A stretch of DNA of 62,737 bases, the filler included, from Polymyxa betae A26-41 (Eukaryota; Protista; Endomyxa: Phytomyxea), in NCBI GenBank assembly GCA_003693705.1. It is 7 parts of 7 records of this genome, joined end to end, with 100 filler letters (N's around TTAATTAATTAA, not from the genome) between each part and the next. Parts side by side here need not be neighbours in the genome. Positions count along the whole stretch, not along the records: positions 6,068 to 28,314 come from RBZT01000570.1; 6 more parts are not named here. One strand, 5' to 3'. Made by a program: the position numbers and the translations under genes. Position 1 is the first letter of the stretch; each line of letters opens with the position of its first letter. Below are positions 11,689 to 22,780 of this stretch, piece after piece. A model generated the notes under the pieces. The model ran no database searches and was not told the DNA's origin. It saw only the letters and a list, made by a program, of their open reading frames with translations.

Positions 11689-13345
11689 CTAGAACGACTT
11701 GCTTGAATATTGGTCGAGATCTTCTAAGCTCAGTTTGAAGCGAATTCTGTTCACAGCATCCAGGACGCGGGTAACATTAACCGTGAATTTCGTCTCGGCG
11801 TCTCCGTTATCTTCCACGAACATGACCGCCGTCATACCGGTCCGTTTCGCAGTCCGCTGATGACAGCCGTTAATCTGTTGCGGACCTTCCTCCGCATTAT
11901 TCCCGATCTTGGGATGACACTCGATCAGGGCCGAATCCTCCGGAGCGAACACGATCTAGCCGTAACATCAACATCCCATCAACGTAACATAAAACCACGG
12001 TCTTACGTTACTGAATCCAGCCCCGTGCGGCCCGATCACGATATCGGCGTGGAAATGTTTCGCGACCGTCGACAGCAGGTCTTCGTTGGGGTCGAATTCC
12101 AGTACGACCGCGTCGGGCTGCGCCCGACGCAGCGCCATCATCAACTCGGCGTGATTCGTGATGGCCCGATTCGAGTCGCCGCGCGACTGTACGACCATTG
12201 TGAAGGGTTTCGGCGTGGTTGTGCGGATCTGCGGAACATCCAATAAGATGGAACGTTGTTTGCCGGGAGTACTGCCCCCCCCCTTACCAAGTCTGGATAT
12301 TGGGTGCGGATAGCGCTACGGAGTAGTTTCTTCAGGCGGGAGGTGGCGGTGCTGATGGCGCGTCCGCAACCCGAAGGCGACGGGGTCACCGCGTGGCGCA
12401 CGAAATAGACGCTCCCCTCGCCGTACCAGATCATTCGCTCCGTGGAGATGCCGAGAAGGGGGAGAACGCTCCCGGCGACCTGATGATGGTGCATGATGAT
12501 TTTCAGGTCCGGGTGCGCATTGATATAATCGATCATGAGGGCGATTCTCGGCAAACCCTAAACCCTAGATGGTTAGGGTTTCTCATACATGCATCCCGCT
12601 ACTCGTACCTCGATCATCCAGTGATAGTAGGCGTTGCCCCAGAGCTGCGGCAGAATCAGGGCGTGATCGAGGTGGATGATATCCTCCGGGCGGGTACGAC
12701 GCACGTTGTGGATCGGAAAGGGAGCCGTATCGTGTGCGCAGCCACCTGAGAAGTACACGGCATCGGCGGTGTAGAGTTTCCCGACACTCCCGGAGACGAA
12801 TGCATCGCGCAACTCCGTGTAGAATGCGATTCCGTCATCATGATCGAATCTGCGACACCGAATCAGTCTGCGCAGCCTACAGTAACACCAGGAGGAATTT
12901 ACTCGGGCAATCGCGTGACCTTGTATAGGCCGTGGGCGTAACGTAAGACGGCGGCTCCATCATTACCGTTGATTTCCAAGTCCAGTTGCGGGAGTACGCT
13001 GAGAGCGACAGGGTTCCCGACAAATTCATTCAGCACTCTGCCGGCGCCGTATTTTTCCATCCAACGCCGCTGCTCCGTTCGCCTGTTGCCAAAATGAATT
13101 CTTCGGTCAAAAAAAAAATATCGTTGAGCCTTACAAAATTAAAAAATAATAATAATAATAATTAAGAAAGCCTCAAGCGAAACTGACCACAGAACAGCAT
13201 TGCTGATGTAGACGAGCGTGAGAGCGGACGCAGACAGTACGACCAACAGCAGCAGAGCGTTCTGGTGAGTCAGCTGCCATCGGCGGAACTGCAGGCAGCT
13301 CTTCTCGATCTGCATGGGCGAGAGCAGGTTCGGGATGGAGAGCAT
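11689..13345 (-). CDS. Glycosyltransferase family 61 (DUF563)-like type II membrane protein, multi-exon
   Basis: N-terminal TM (ALLLLVVLSASALTLVYI). Motifs WGNAYYHWMIE|GLPRI and ADIVIGPHGAGFSN..F...SALIE are GT61 hallmarks. Introns include 12558-12608. Confidence 0.85.
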
Positions 13346-13469
13346 GGACCAGCACGACGGAGACGATGTTGTGGCAAAAAAGTCGGATAGGAGATTGAAT
13401 AGCCAAAGAGATCCGGAAGCGGATCTGCTTGGGAGCATGAGTCATTTGGATGTTCGTCCGTTTGCAGTT

Positions 13470-13835
13470 TTTTCCTCAACACAGTCTGAAAAACCAGGAT
13501 AGAAACTGCGCCACTGTCGCACTTTACAACGCCAATGCGCTGAATGACAAATTTATCTCATAACGCCAAGCCAGTCACGCACAGTTTAATGCCGTTCATA
13601 TTTCTCTGTTATAAAATACTGCGTTCACTCGCAATTTTTCGTGCGTGACAGCAAGATTTTTTCCTCTCCACAGTCTGAAAAACCCTGTTAGAAAGTGCGC
13701 ACCTTGCGCACATACCACGCCAAAGCGTTGAATGTCTTACGCGAAACCAGTAAGGCACAGTTTCATGCATTTCATATTTCTCGGTCAAAAAAATACTTCG
13801 TTCACTCGCAGTTCTAATTCGTGCGTGACAGCAGA
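13470..13835. repeat. Two diverged direct copies of a ~185-bp unit upstream of the GT61 gene
   Basis: cacagtctgaaaaacc...cgttcactcgca...tcgtgcgtgacagca occurs twice (~13470-13655 and ~13660-13835). Confidence 0.8.
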
Positions 13836-15822
13836 ACTTAGTTCTATGTGGCTCGCGCATGCTATTTTACAGACCACTTTGCTTCACGCAATCACGCCAG
13901 ACTAAAAGTCGTCTCAGCATCGTCACGGCTTTACACTTGTGAACATCATTTGCGTTTGGTTGCCAAGGATGCTGTCTGGTTTCATCACCTTGGCCGACTG
14001 CCGTTCGAATGCTTTGCGTATATCGGCTTGCTTACTGTTCGGTTCCCTGATTCTGGTCATATTGGACCTGTGCTGTGTCTTTCTGCATGGATTGCATCCT
14101 TTTACCAACTGTATTATATAATTCGTCTCTGATTCGGATCAGAAGTTTTTATGAACTTTGCTTTTTCTGAGATTCTATTTTGTTTGTGAATTGTGCTTTT
14201 TTGTTGTTTGTAAAAATGTCCTGAATATATGCTAGCACTTAACCTATGCGGTATTGAACGCACTCTGAATTCTGACGGGGCTTGAATCAATGCCAGTTTG
14301 ATCCCTTTATATGCATGGAAGGCGTTCGTTGTGGATAAAGACGTCCAAGCTCGGCGTCTAGTTCGCTATCTGCTGCTTTGCGATCCCTTTATTGATATTC
14401 CTTGTGATCTTTTGATTCGCGTGAGCCAGCTCGTGAGATATCGTCCATGATTACCTGGCTACAATCCACTAAATCATATCATACCATGCGAGACTTAGCC
14501 TTTCATACTTTCAGAATGTTCGGGGTATCAAAATCGGTTTGATTGTTCACTTTGCATTGACAAATCTCAACTTTTTCTTGTTTTTTTATCGTTCTTTGTT
14601 TTCTGTTATCTCAAAGATTTCAATCTCCCGGTTTGTCATTTCAATTTCTTTCAACAGTCGTTGGCATCTTTAATCTTTTTATCTGTCTTCCTTGTGTTTT
14701 TTGACGTTTTCAGCTTTCGTTTGATTTTATCGTTCTTTCATCATTCCTATATCACATCCTTCTTTGACAGTTGTCATGTTTGCTTTGACTTCTTCCCTTA
14801 TTTTAAATTTTTTCTAGCTTGACAGTTATCGATCTTTTCTGGTTCGCTCACACCTTTCAGCATTCATTCCTTAGTTTTGCAGCAATAGCTTTCTTACTCT
14901 ATGGCATTTCTTCTGATTTGCTTCCAGTTGATCTTCCAACTACCTTTATTTAAGTATGTCGAGAGTTTAAGGGCCAACATCAAGACACCAACTGGGCTAT
15001 GTTTCTGCGAGCGTCATAATCTCATCACGGCACCAAAGTTTTCAAAAGTGGCAGGAGCAGTACGTTTATGAGCGAATCCAGGACGAAGTCTTCGAACATT
15101 TCTAGGCGTTCGAATCATTCGCTTTCAATCCCTCTTTCTCTCAATATCCTACCGATTATGCCCCCCATAATCCATTCTCAAACACATGATAGGAATAAAT
15201 CGGTATCGACCAACTATCGAAAGAACGGCGTTCAGATTGCTGAACGGCCCGAAGAATCAATCGCTCATGTTTTGAGCTTCTGCTCGTGCCTTCTGTTCTT
15301 CACTCAAAACGGTCGCCGGCACTCTTCGGAGCCCGCCACGCCGCAGAGACAGACACAAGATCAACGTCTGTCTGGGGACAATTCAGATGAAGGACCACGG
15401 ACTTACCAACCTGTGAGAGCTTCGATTATTTTCTCCGAATGACGAAGACAGTTGACAGCTTGCACCGCCACGGCATCAGCTCGTTCGTTATACCGACAGC
15501 AGAATCCCGCAGTCCATGTAACATTACAAGACGTCACAACCTTGAAGATCGTTTGGCACAGCCTCGGCTGCCTATATTCTTTCGGGGACAGAATCTACCT
15601 AATTCCATTCGATAAATTTACGGAATCTTTAACACTTTTTTGTTCACTTACAACATTGGGAGGTGATAAATAATAAATTATTTTATAAATAAATAAGAAA
15701 TCATTCTATAAGCTCTAAACCCTACCGGATCCAGCTAGCGAATGACTTTCGTGAGCAGGAAAGCACTCGCTGTCATTATTGAAACCCTAAACCCTAAATC
15801 GTATGAATGTAATCAGTGTCGT

Positions 15823-16836
15823 TTATTTTCGTTTATATGAGAACTTGGGGTATTGTTTTTTGAGAGCTTCCAGATCACAGACTTCGTGTAGATTATGATT
15901 CCAGCTGTTCTGGGAGTTATCCGGATGGTTGATCCGAATTCGGCCCGTGGCGGAGCTGCGCTCTCCCCGCGACGCGTGATGATGGATCACATCGACGTAC
16001 GGACATAGATTATAGGGGACCTTCTTCCCGCGTAACAGAACATGCATCAGGACGTTCTCAATGCCCCAGTACACCGGTGCGTAACGGGTATTGTGTAACA
16101 CATAATCATCGATCATGGTGGCGTTACCGATAAAAACGTCCGAGCTCAGCATGGAAACGTAAGCCGTACAGTCCTGTAAGCCGGGGTCGCGCCGCGACAC
16201 AGCCAACAGCTCAGTCCCGTTCCGGAACGCGTTCGGGCAAATTCCGAACAGCGGCGCCGCGTCCGGAATCACGACATCCGCGGTACTGAGCACGAACAGG
16301 CCGTGCGGATTCGTCATCTGCACGGCCAGCAGTAACATATCATACGTGACCTGGGCCGGCGACCACCACACGTCCATATCGACGTCGTACTGGGCCTGAA
16401 TGCGCTGCAGTTCGGGCAGGTATTCGGGGTCCGACAGGACCAGTACGAACCGGGCGCAGATGTTGTTACGCATGGTCTGTGTTAAGGCCGTGACGATTTC
16501 GCTGCTGCGGGTGGCGGTCTCATCGGACTGGAAGAACTCGCGGACCTGGGCGAAGGCCGGCGTCGGGGCGCAGTAACGATCGGCGCCGGCCGAGCGGCGT
16601 AACGTGGCCAGGTTGATGAGCCGCGGGAACTTCGTCGGACGCGACGGCGGCACCGTCCGATACTGGGCGCCGTTGTACGCGCTCAGCAGCAGGTACGGGC
16701 CGAGGACGCAGATCGCCAGCGTGATGGCCAGTACGACGTAGAGAATGGGGGAGACGGGGCGACGGCCGACGTTGTCGCTGATTGGGATCATCGTTTGGGG
16801 TGATGGGGCGGATTCGCTTTGAACGGTGGCGACCAT
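15823..16836 (-). CDS. Intronless type II membrane protein with a putative GT-A-fold glycosyltransferase domain
   Basis: 337-aa ORF with a single TM. Motif series RSSEI..L...M.N, VTY, LSTADV (DxD-like position), VSRRD, SSDVFI, WGIEN, NLCPYVDVIHHHAS. Confidence 0.75.
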   Translation of the reverse strand: MVATVQSESAPSPQTMIPISDNVGRRPVSPILYVVLAITLAICVLGPYLLLSAYNGAQYRTVPPSRPTKFPRLINLATLRRSAGADRYCAPTPAFAQVREFFQSDETATRSSEIVTALTQTMRNNICARFVLVLSDPEYLPELQRIQAQYDVDMDVWWSPAQVTYDMLLLAVQMTNPHGLFVLSTADVVIPDAAPLFGICPNAFRNGTELLAVSRRDPGLQDCTAYVSMLSSDVFIGNATMIDDYVLHNTRYAPVYWGIENVLMHVLLRGKKVPYNLCPYVDVIHHHASRGERSSATGRIRINHPDNSQNSWNHNLHEVCDLEALKKQYPKFSYKRK

Positions 16837-18049
16837 GGCGGCCGGCGGGATCGGAACCAGGGCGGGGGCAAGTTCCGAATGTTAGAGGCGTGAGTCAAGG
16901 CGATGGAGACGGAGGTTCCGCCGCGGACTCCGATATCCACCCCCCACCACCCCCAACCGGGGTCGGTTGCTCCCAACCCGTTCTCCATCGCGTTCGACGT
17001 TGTTCGGGACATTCTGTATGCCTCTGACATTGTAACGATTATGTTAACATAAACCGTGGTCATGGAAAAGAGCGGGAATGCTGGCCCCTGGGGTCACTGG
17101 ATTCACGGGGTTTCTGTTTGAGGTTGACTCACCAACTATTGTTTCGGGTGAAATATTTCACAGGTTTGAGACCAAGGTCGGGGCGGCCGTACTGGCCCCC
17201 CGATAAGCTCGCTGTCCGTCAGGCCCGGCTTCGGCATTAGAAAGATCGTCCAAAAGTACCGTTGAGAATCTGCAACCAGAATGATGCTGGGGTGGTCATA
17301 CTCGCCCCCAGGCGATGATCGTCTGTTTAACGTCACCAGCGGAATTTTCAACAGACTTTATTGCATTTGACGCTGGTTTACGCGATACCGACCAGCTGAT
17401 ATGAGAGAGTATTGTATAAGGTGAATGGATCATTGCTCGAAGGGATTCGGTTAACCGGGATTGAAATACGCCTGAGCTCATTTCCGTCATGCTCAGCAAG
17501 CATATTGAAAGATCAAATCGCTGGCTCGCTGTCGTATCGAGTCTAAATCCATATAAGATCGCTGAGTGAAACATATCACGATCTGAGTGCTCTTTACGTG
17601 CATTTTTAGCCAGATTTGAAACGGACTCAAAAGGAATCATTTCGGGGTTTTCATGGATTTTTTGCGGCTGAATGAGAGGTTCTAAAGAAACCGTTAATTC
17701 TTTTTATCATTATAAGATCTAGGTTAAAAATTTGATGGGTTACGGATAAGGACAGCAGATATTTGATCTTACGACGCTCGACCTATTCTATGAATATGAA
17801 CAGCTGGTAGATTGAACAGCTAAACCGATCGCTAATGTGAACGCGCTATTCAGAGGGATCGGAATTCTGCAGAACAGACTAAATGATATTGTAACATTAA
17901 CGTCATTCTCACAATGGCATGTAATGTTACCTATGGTGAATTTCGCACTGGATTCTGCTGTATCTAGATCTTGTACTAATCCTGATCACGAACATCGAAT
18001 TTTGTCAGTTTAACCCCATCACCACGTCACCCCATCTCCCCATCTCGAT

Positions 18050-19070
18050 ATCTATCTAGCGAGGTCTGCGCATCCGTCGAGCTTGTTTCGTGATGATGGG
18101 CGGCAACGATTCGATCTGTTGCTGCTATCGACATGGCGTACTGTTATCATGCTCTTCAAGATCGAGTCCAAGTAACGCAAGGCCCGGAGCCCGTTCCGGG
18201 TCAGGTCGGCGGATGGGCCAGTACGGTGACTTGGGTAATGGGGGGAGAATGAAGGGGAGGCGTTCTGGGACATTTCGATACTGGAACTGAAACTTGACTT
18301 TATATCGTGAGTTTAACTGCATGCATGTAACATAAACGGGCTCTCTGTAACGAATCGTTGCTGTTTGAGCTCTTGTCCAGGTCATAATTTATGCTGTCCG
18401 GATCTGGATTTCACCTGCTAGGGTTAGGGTTTAGAGTTCGCTCTCGGAATCTGCCTCTCACCGGGGCGCTTCAAAATCCGGCCAGCTCACGTTACGGCTA
18501 GGGGTGAGAATCCGATCGTGTTCGACGGTGCGAATCTGGGAGCGTACTGGCCCCATCTTCATCCCGATCCGTGTTCACGAGCTTGTAACGTAACCAGTAA
18601 TCAGTCAGTCTGGACAATCGGGTCCCTTAATGCCATGAGCCATGGAACCTGGGTCGTACTCATGCAGGTGCCGGTCCGATGCCACTCCAGCCACGATACC
18701 ATCGTCAGTATACAGCTATCGTTACAGACGATGTCGGACTCGATCGGATTCCAGAGACGGATCGTATCACGGGTAATCCTATTCGTTACCCCTCCGAATA
18801 GGAGCCTGTAACCCTCAATTTCCTCTCGTCTTCCAGAACTGGATATTCCTTCATTTCGAGAGATTCGCCCGAACTGGTCCAATGGTGATGGCGATGATCG
18901 AGGGAAATTTCGAATTCATTGGTCATCTTCATGTTAATCGGTCCTCTCAGATCGGCCGATTTGTGCGGGATCAATTCCTCCATATCGGAAGGTTATTCGA
19001 GACAGGAAAAGAATCGACGGGTGAAGTAACTGCTGAGAAGCAGCAAGTACCTAAGGCTGCCATAATGCCC
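18050..19070 (-). pseudogene. Degraded intron-containing gene of unknown function
   Basis: Canonical small intron 18415-18461 (gtgaga...ctaaaccctaaccctagcag) within broken ORFs. Confidence 0.3.
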
Positions 19071-19706
19071 TGAACCGAAATATTCACACCAAGAAGCCAA
19101 AGACGATCACAAAGGCGTCAGACGCTTTGAATATTACTTAGTGAGAGCTTCGCAGTCGCTGCAAAAGAGGCAAAAAAGTGCCGTCAACATCGCCTATTAA
19201 TGGCGTAAAACTTGAATAAACAAAACAAACAAAACTTTGGCAATTTCAAAATTATTTAATCTCCCATTAAGCAGGGACTGGATCAAATCGTGCCATTATT
19301 CGTCTTTGTCCAAAACAGCGAAAATACAAAAGAGCGTAACAAAGCGAATTCGCAATGACGATTTGCGCAGGGGAGCGCTTTCGGTATTCCGAATCATACA
19401 GAGCAGAGGATGGCCTAGGACCGGTGGTCGTACTGGTCGAATCGTTCACTAGAAACCCGGCAGGATACCAAGAGCCAATGGCTTGATAGTTTGCTAATAC
19501 AAGAGACGCCGTTGGGCAGGCAGCTTGATGGATAGGGTTTAGGTTTTAGGGTTTCCCCAGCCCGTATGGAAGACTTTTCTAAGGCGCGCAGTTTTTCACG
19601 CAACTCCGTGGGTCGGGAGACCGTCTCCCAGCCCCATTTTGCAGATTCGTCGTTGGCGAATATCCAGTCCCTGATTCGATCTCTGCCAACGGCGACCTCG
19701 TTCGCG

Positions 19707-22070
19707 ATGCTCTTTAGTCAGGTTCTGAGGAGACGTTCGACGTGGAGGCTGCGCCGACATTGCCGCCGCTACAGCCGGCTGGCCGCCCTGATCGCTGCTA
19801 TGATCGCCACCATTATCATGATCCTCTACATTCATCGATGTCTGACGCCGTCAGTGCTCTCCCTTCAAACAACTGTTTTTCCTTATTTCAATTATGCCAA
19901 TATCCAAGTTTGCCCAGTTTTCAGTTTCTCTCGTTTCACTTCAGTTTTTCTTTCGCATTCTCTGTCATGGAAAACTGCTCTGTCAATGTCATGAATTATT
20001 GCAATTGTTTTTTAAAACTTTCAGATTTATATTATTCAAATGACATTTAATTGATTTTTTTTTCAAAACTCTTCGCTCTTTGCTTTATCAACGGGATTTG
20101 TCTCATCATACTACATGTTGATCTTTCTTTCACTTTTTAACATTTGCTCTTCCATTTTATGTGTTTCCATTCTTACAATATGCGTAGAGCGGAAATAGCA
20201 TCATCGCCGACCCGAAGGTTCGGGGCTCGGCTCAACCTCGCCGAAGTCGTCGACCATGCGGACGCGATCTGCTCGCTGCCCGACCCGATTTTGGAAATCA
20301 ACGGGAACCACCCCGCCGCCGTTTTACGTTACGCCACCAACTCCACCTACGCCGTCACGCGAATGCCACAGTACGCCACACACATGTCCCCGTAACGTTA
20401 CATCGGCTCAGTTGTCGCCCTGGTCAGGTACGACTACGAAGACGGAATCGGATTTTATGCGGAGTTTGCGAACGTTTTCGTTACGGGGCATTCGTCGAAA
20501 ATGTACTCCGGAGAGTCGGTGTATTTCCCGGGCGGGTGCTGCTTGAATCTGGATCCGTTTCCCATCGAGAAACTCCGCGGCACGGCCCCCGCGGACATCA
20601 TCCAGCTCGATCACGCCCTGATCGTGTCGCAGTTCTGGGGCGAGGCGTACTATCACTGGATGATCGAGGTGAGAAAGCGAGGCTTGTGTGTGCCGAAAAC
20701 CTAACCCCTAGGGTTTAGGGTTTGCCGAAGATTGCCCTCATGTTGGACTATATTAAAGCGAATCGGGGCGTGAAGATTCTCGTCAAGGGACATAAAGTCC
20801 GTGAACAAGTTTTTCAGCTGTTGGATATTCCGTTCGATCAGGTCGTGGATTACGACCCGAACAAAGTGTATTTTGTGAAAAAGGCCGTCACGTCGACGCC
20901 GTCGCTCTGTGGCAATCCGATCACGAGCGGATTGCATCGGCTCAAGCAGCTGCTGCGCGATAATATACGCGCCAAATATCCCAATCTGGTACGCACAGCT
21001 TCATTCGATTTCTGTACAACTTTTTCTTTTTTTTTTACAATTTTTCGCCCAAATCTTGAGCTGTTTCTCTTCATTTGACCAAATATTCTTTCTTTTTAAA
21101 TCCTGCTTCTATTGACACCGATTTTTTGCAAATTTCTCTGAATACTTTTTTGCATGATTCGTTTCGAACCAATTCTATTTTTGTTTCCGTAAACATTTTT
21201 TCTTTTCTTTTGCTCATACAACCAGATTGATCACGCGTTTGAAAGTCACAAACCTTTTCATGATTTTTCCACAAAATCAGATTCATTTTGCCGATTTGTT
21301 TTCAATCTTTCTCTACTGAATCTGGCATTGAATTTGACCGTCTGTCAGATTGCGACGGCGCAGCCGAAACCGTTCACTGTCGTCGTACAGTCCCGCGGCG
21401 ATTCGATGCGCGCGCTGACGAATCACGCCGACCTGATGCAGGCGCTGCGTCGGTCGCAGCCGGACGCCGTCCTGATCGATTTCGGTCCCAATGAGAACCT
21501 GCTGAACACGGCCGTGAAACATTACAACGCTGATATCGTGATCGGGCCGCACGGAGCCGGCCTCAGTAACGTAAGATGCACTCGATTTGCGTCTTGACTT
21601 TCTGTCATTCTTGTTTACGTTACTCCGTCACACATTGGCTTACGTTACATGCCCACGTCACATGCCCACGTTACATGTTTACGTTTCCGTGTTTTGCAGC
21701 GCGTTTTACCTTTCATGTTGATGACGTTTCCGGTTTATGTTACGCTAGCTAGACACATTTACGTTACGATTGACGCCACCTGTGTTTACGTCACCTTGTG
21801 TAGATTATTTTCTGTCCGGACGGGGCCACGCTGATCGAGCTTCATCCGCGGCTCGGAAACGAGGCCACGGAAGGGCCGCATCACGTCAATGGATGTCATC
21901 AGCGGACAGCGCGCAAGTCCGCCTTGAAGCCGATCATGCTCCTGGAAGATAACGGCACCGATACGACTAAGTTCACGGCAAACATCACGCGGGTCGTCGA
22001 TGCCGTCGCCAAAGTCCGTGACGGCGCCGACCTCGACTCCATCGACCGGTATATCAGCTGGCAATTCTGA
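19707..22070 (+). CDS. Glycosyltransferase family 61-like protein, paralog of 11689-13345
   Basis: TM (LAALIAAMIATIIMILYI), FWGEAYYHWMIE|GLPKIAL, ADIVIGPHGAGLSN|IIFCPDGATLIELHP. Shares intron positions with the paralog (20669-20718, 21571-21803). Confidence 0.85.
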
Positions 22071-22780
22071 CACCAATAAATAAATGCTGTTACACCGTCG
22101 CCGCAGCTCTGTCCGAGTTCTGCCGCTCCGTCGTACTGGCCCGGGGGGCTGGTTCCGGCCGGCCGTTTCTCCAGCCTGCAAACCCTAGCACCGTCGGCGA
22201 GACGGCCCGAGAAGTAGGAGCGCGCCGGCCATTCGGGTCGGGGTGAAGAGGGCCAGTATCACTGGAACGGGTTTCTGGTCCTGGAACAGAACAACGACGG
22301 GCACCGTGCGATTGGAAAAACAATGCGGATGGTACCGTTATAGTTTGAGGAGTTCGCCGGAAACATAATTCGGACAGCGCGGCTTCTTTAGATCTGACGC
22401 ATTTTTTCAAGAAAAAAAATGTTTGTCGTTTGTTGAAGAACAAATTTGTTTTTCATTCTTTCAAGAACAAATTTGTTTTTAAATTTTCAAGGTAAGTAGT
22501 GCTTATTGGTTACCGGTTGAACTGAAAGACGCTGTAAATAAATGGCTCTCAATGTTGGGCGAGCTTGTCGAAACTGTGATAGACCAGTTTCCTGACTCCC
22601 GCTATTATGACGGACAGGTCGTCGATGCAACCGTTCAATGAAACGTAAAACCGTGACAGGTCATGAAGATGATTATCTGAGCGATCTACGAGTGATGATG
22701 CAGAAGACAATAAGGGTTTTAGGGTTATCAATCCTTATCTGATAGACGAAGGAATTCCAAGGTCGATAGCGCATTAGGGT

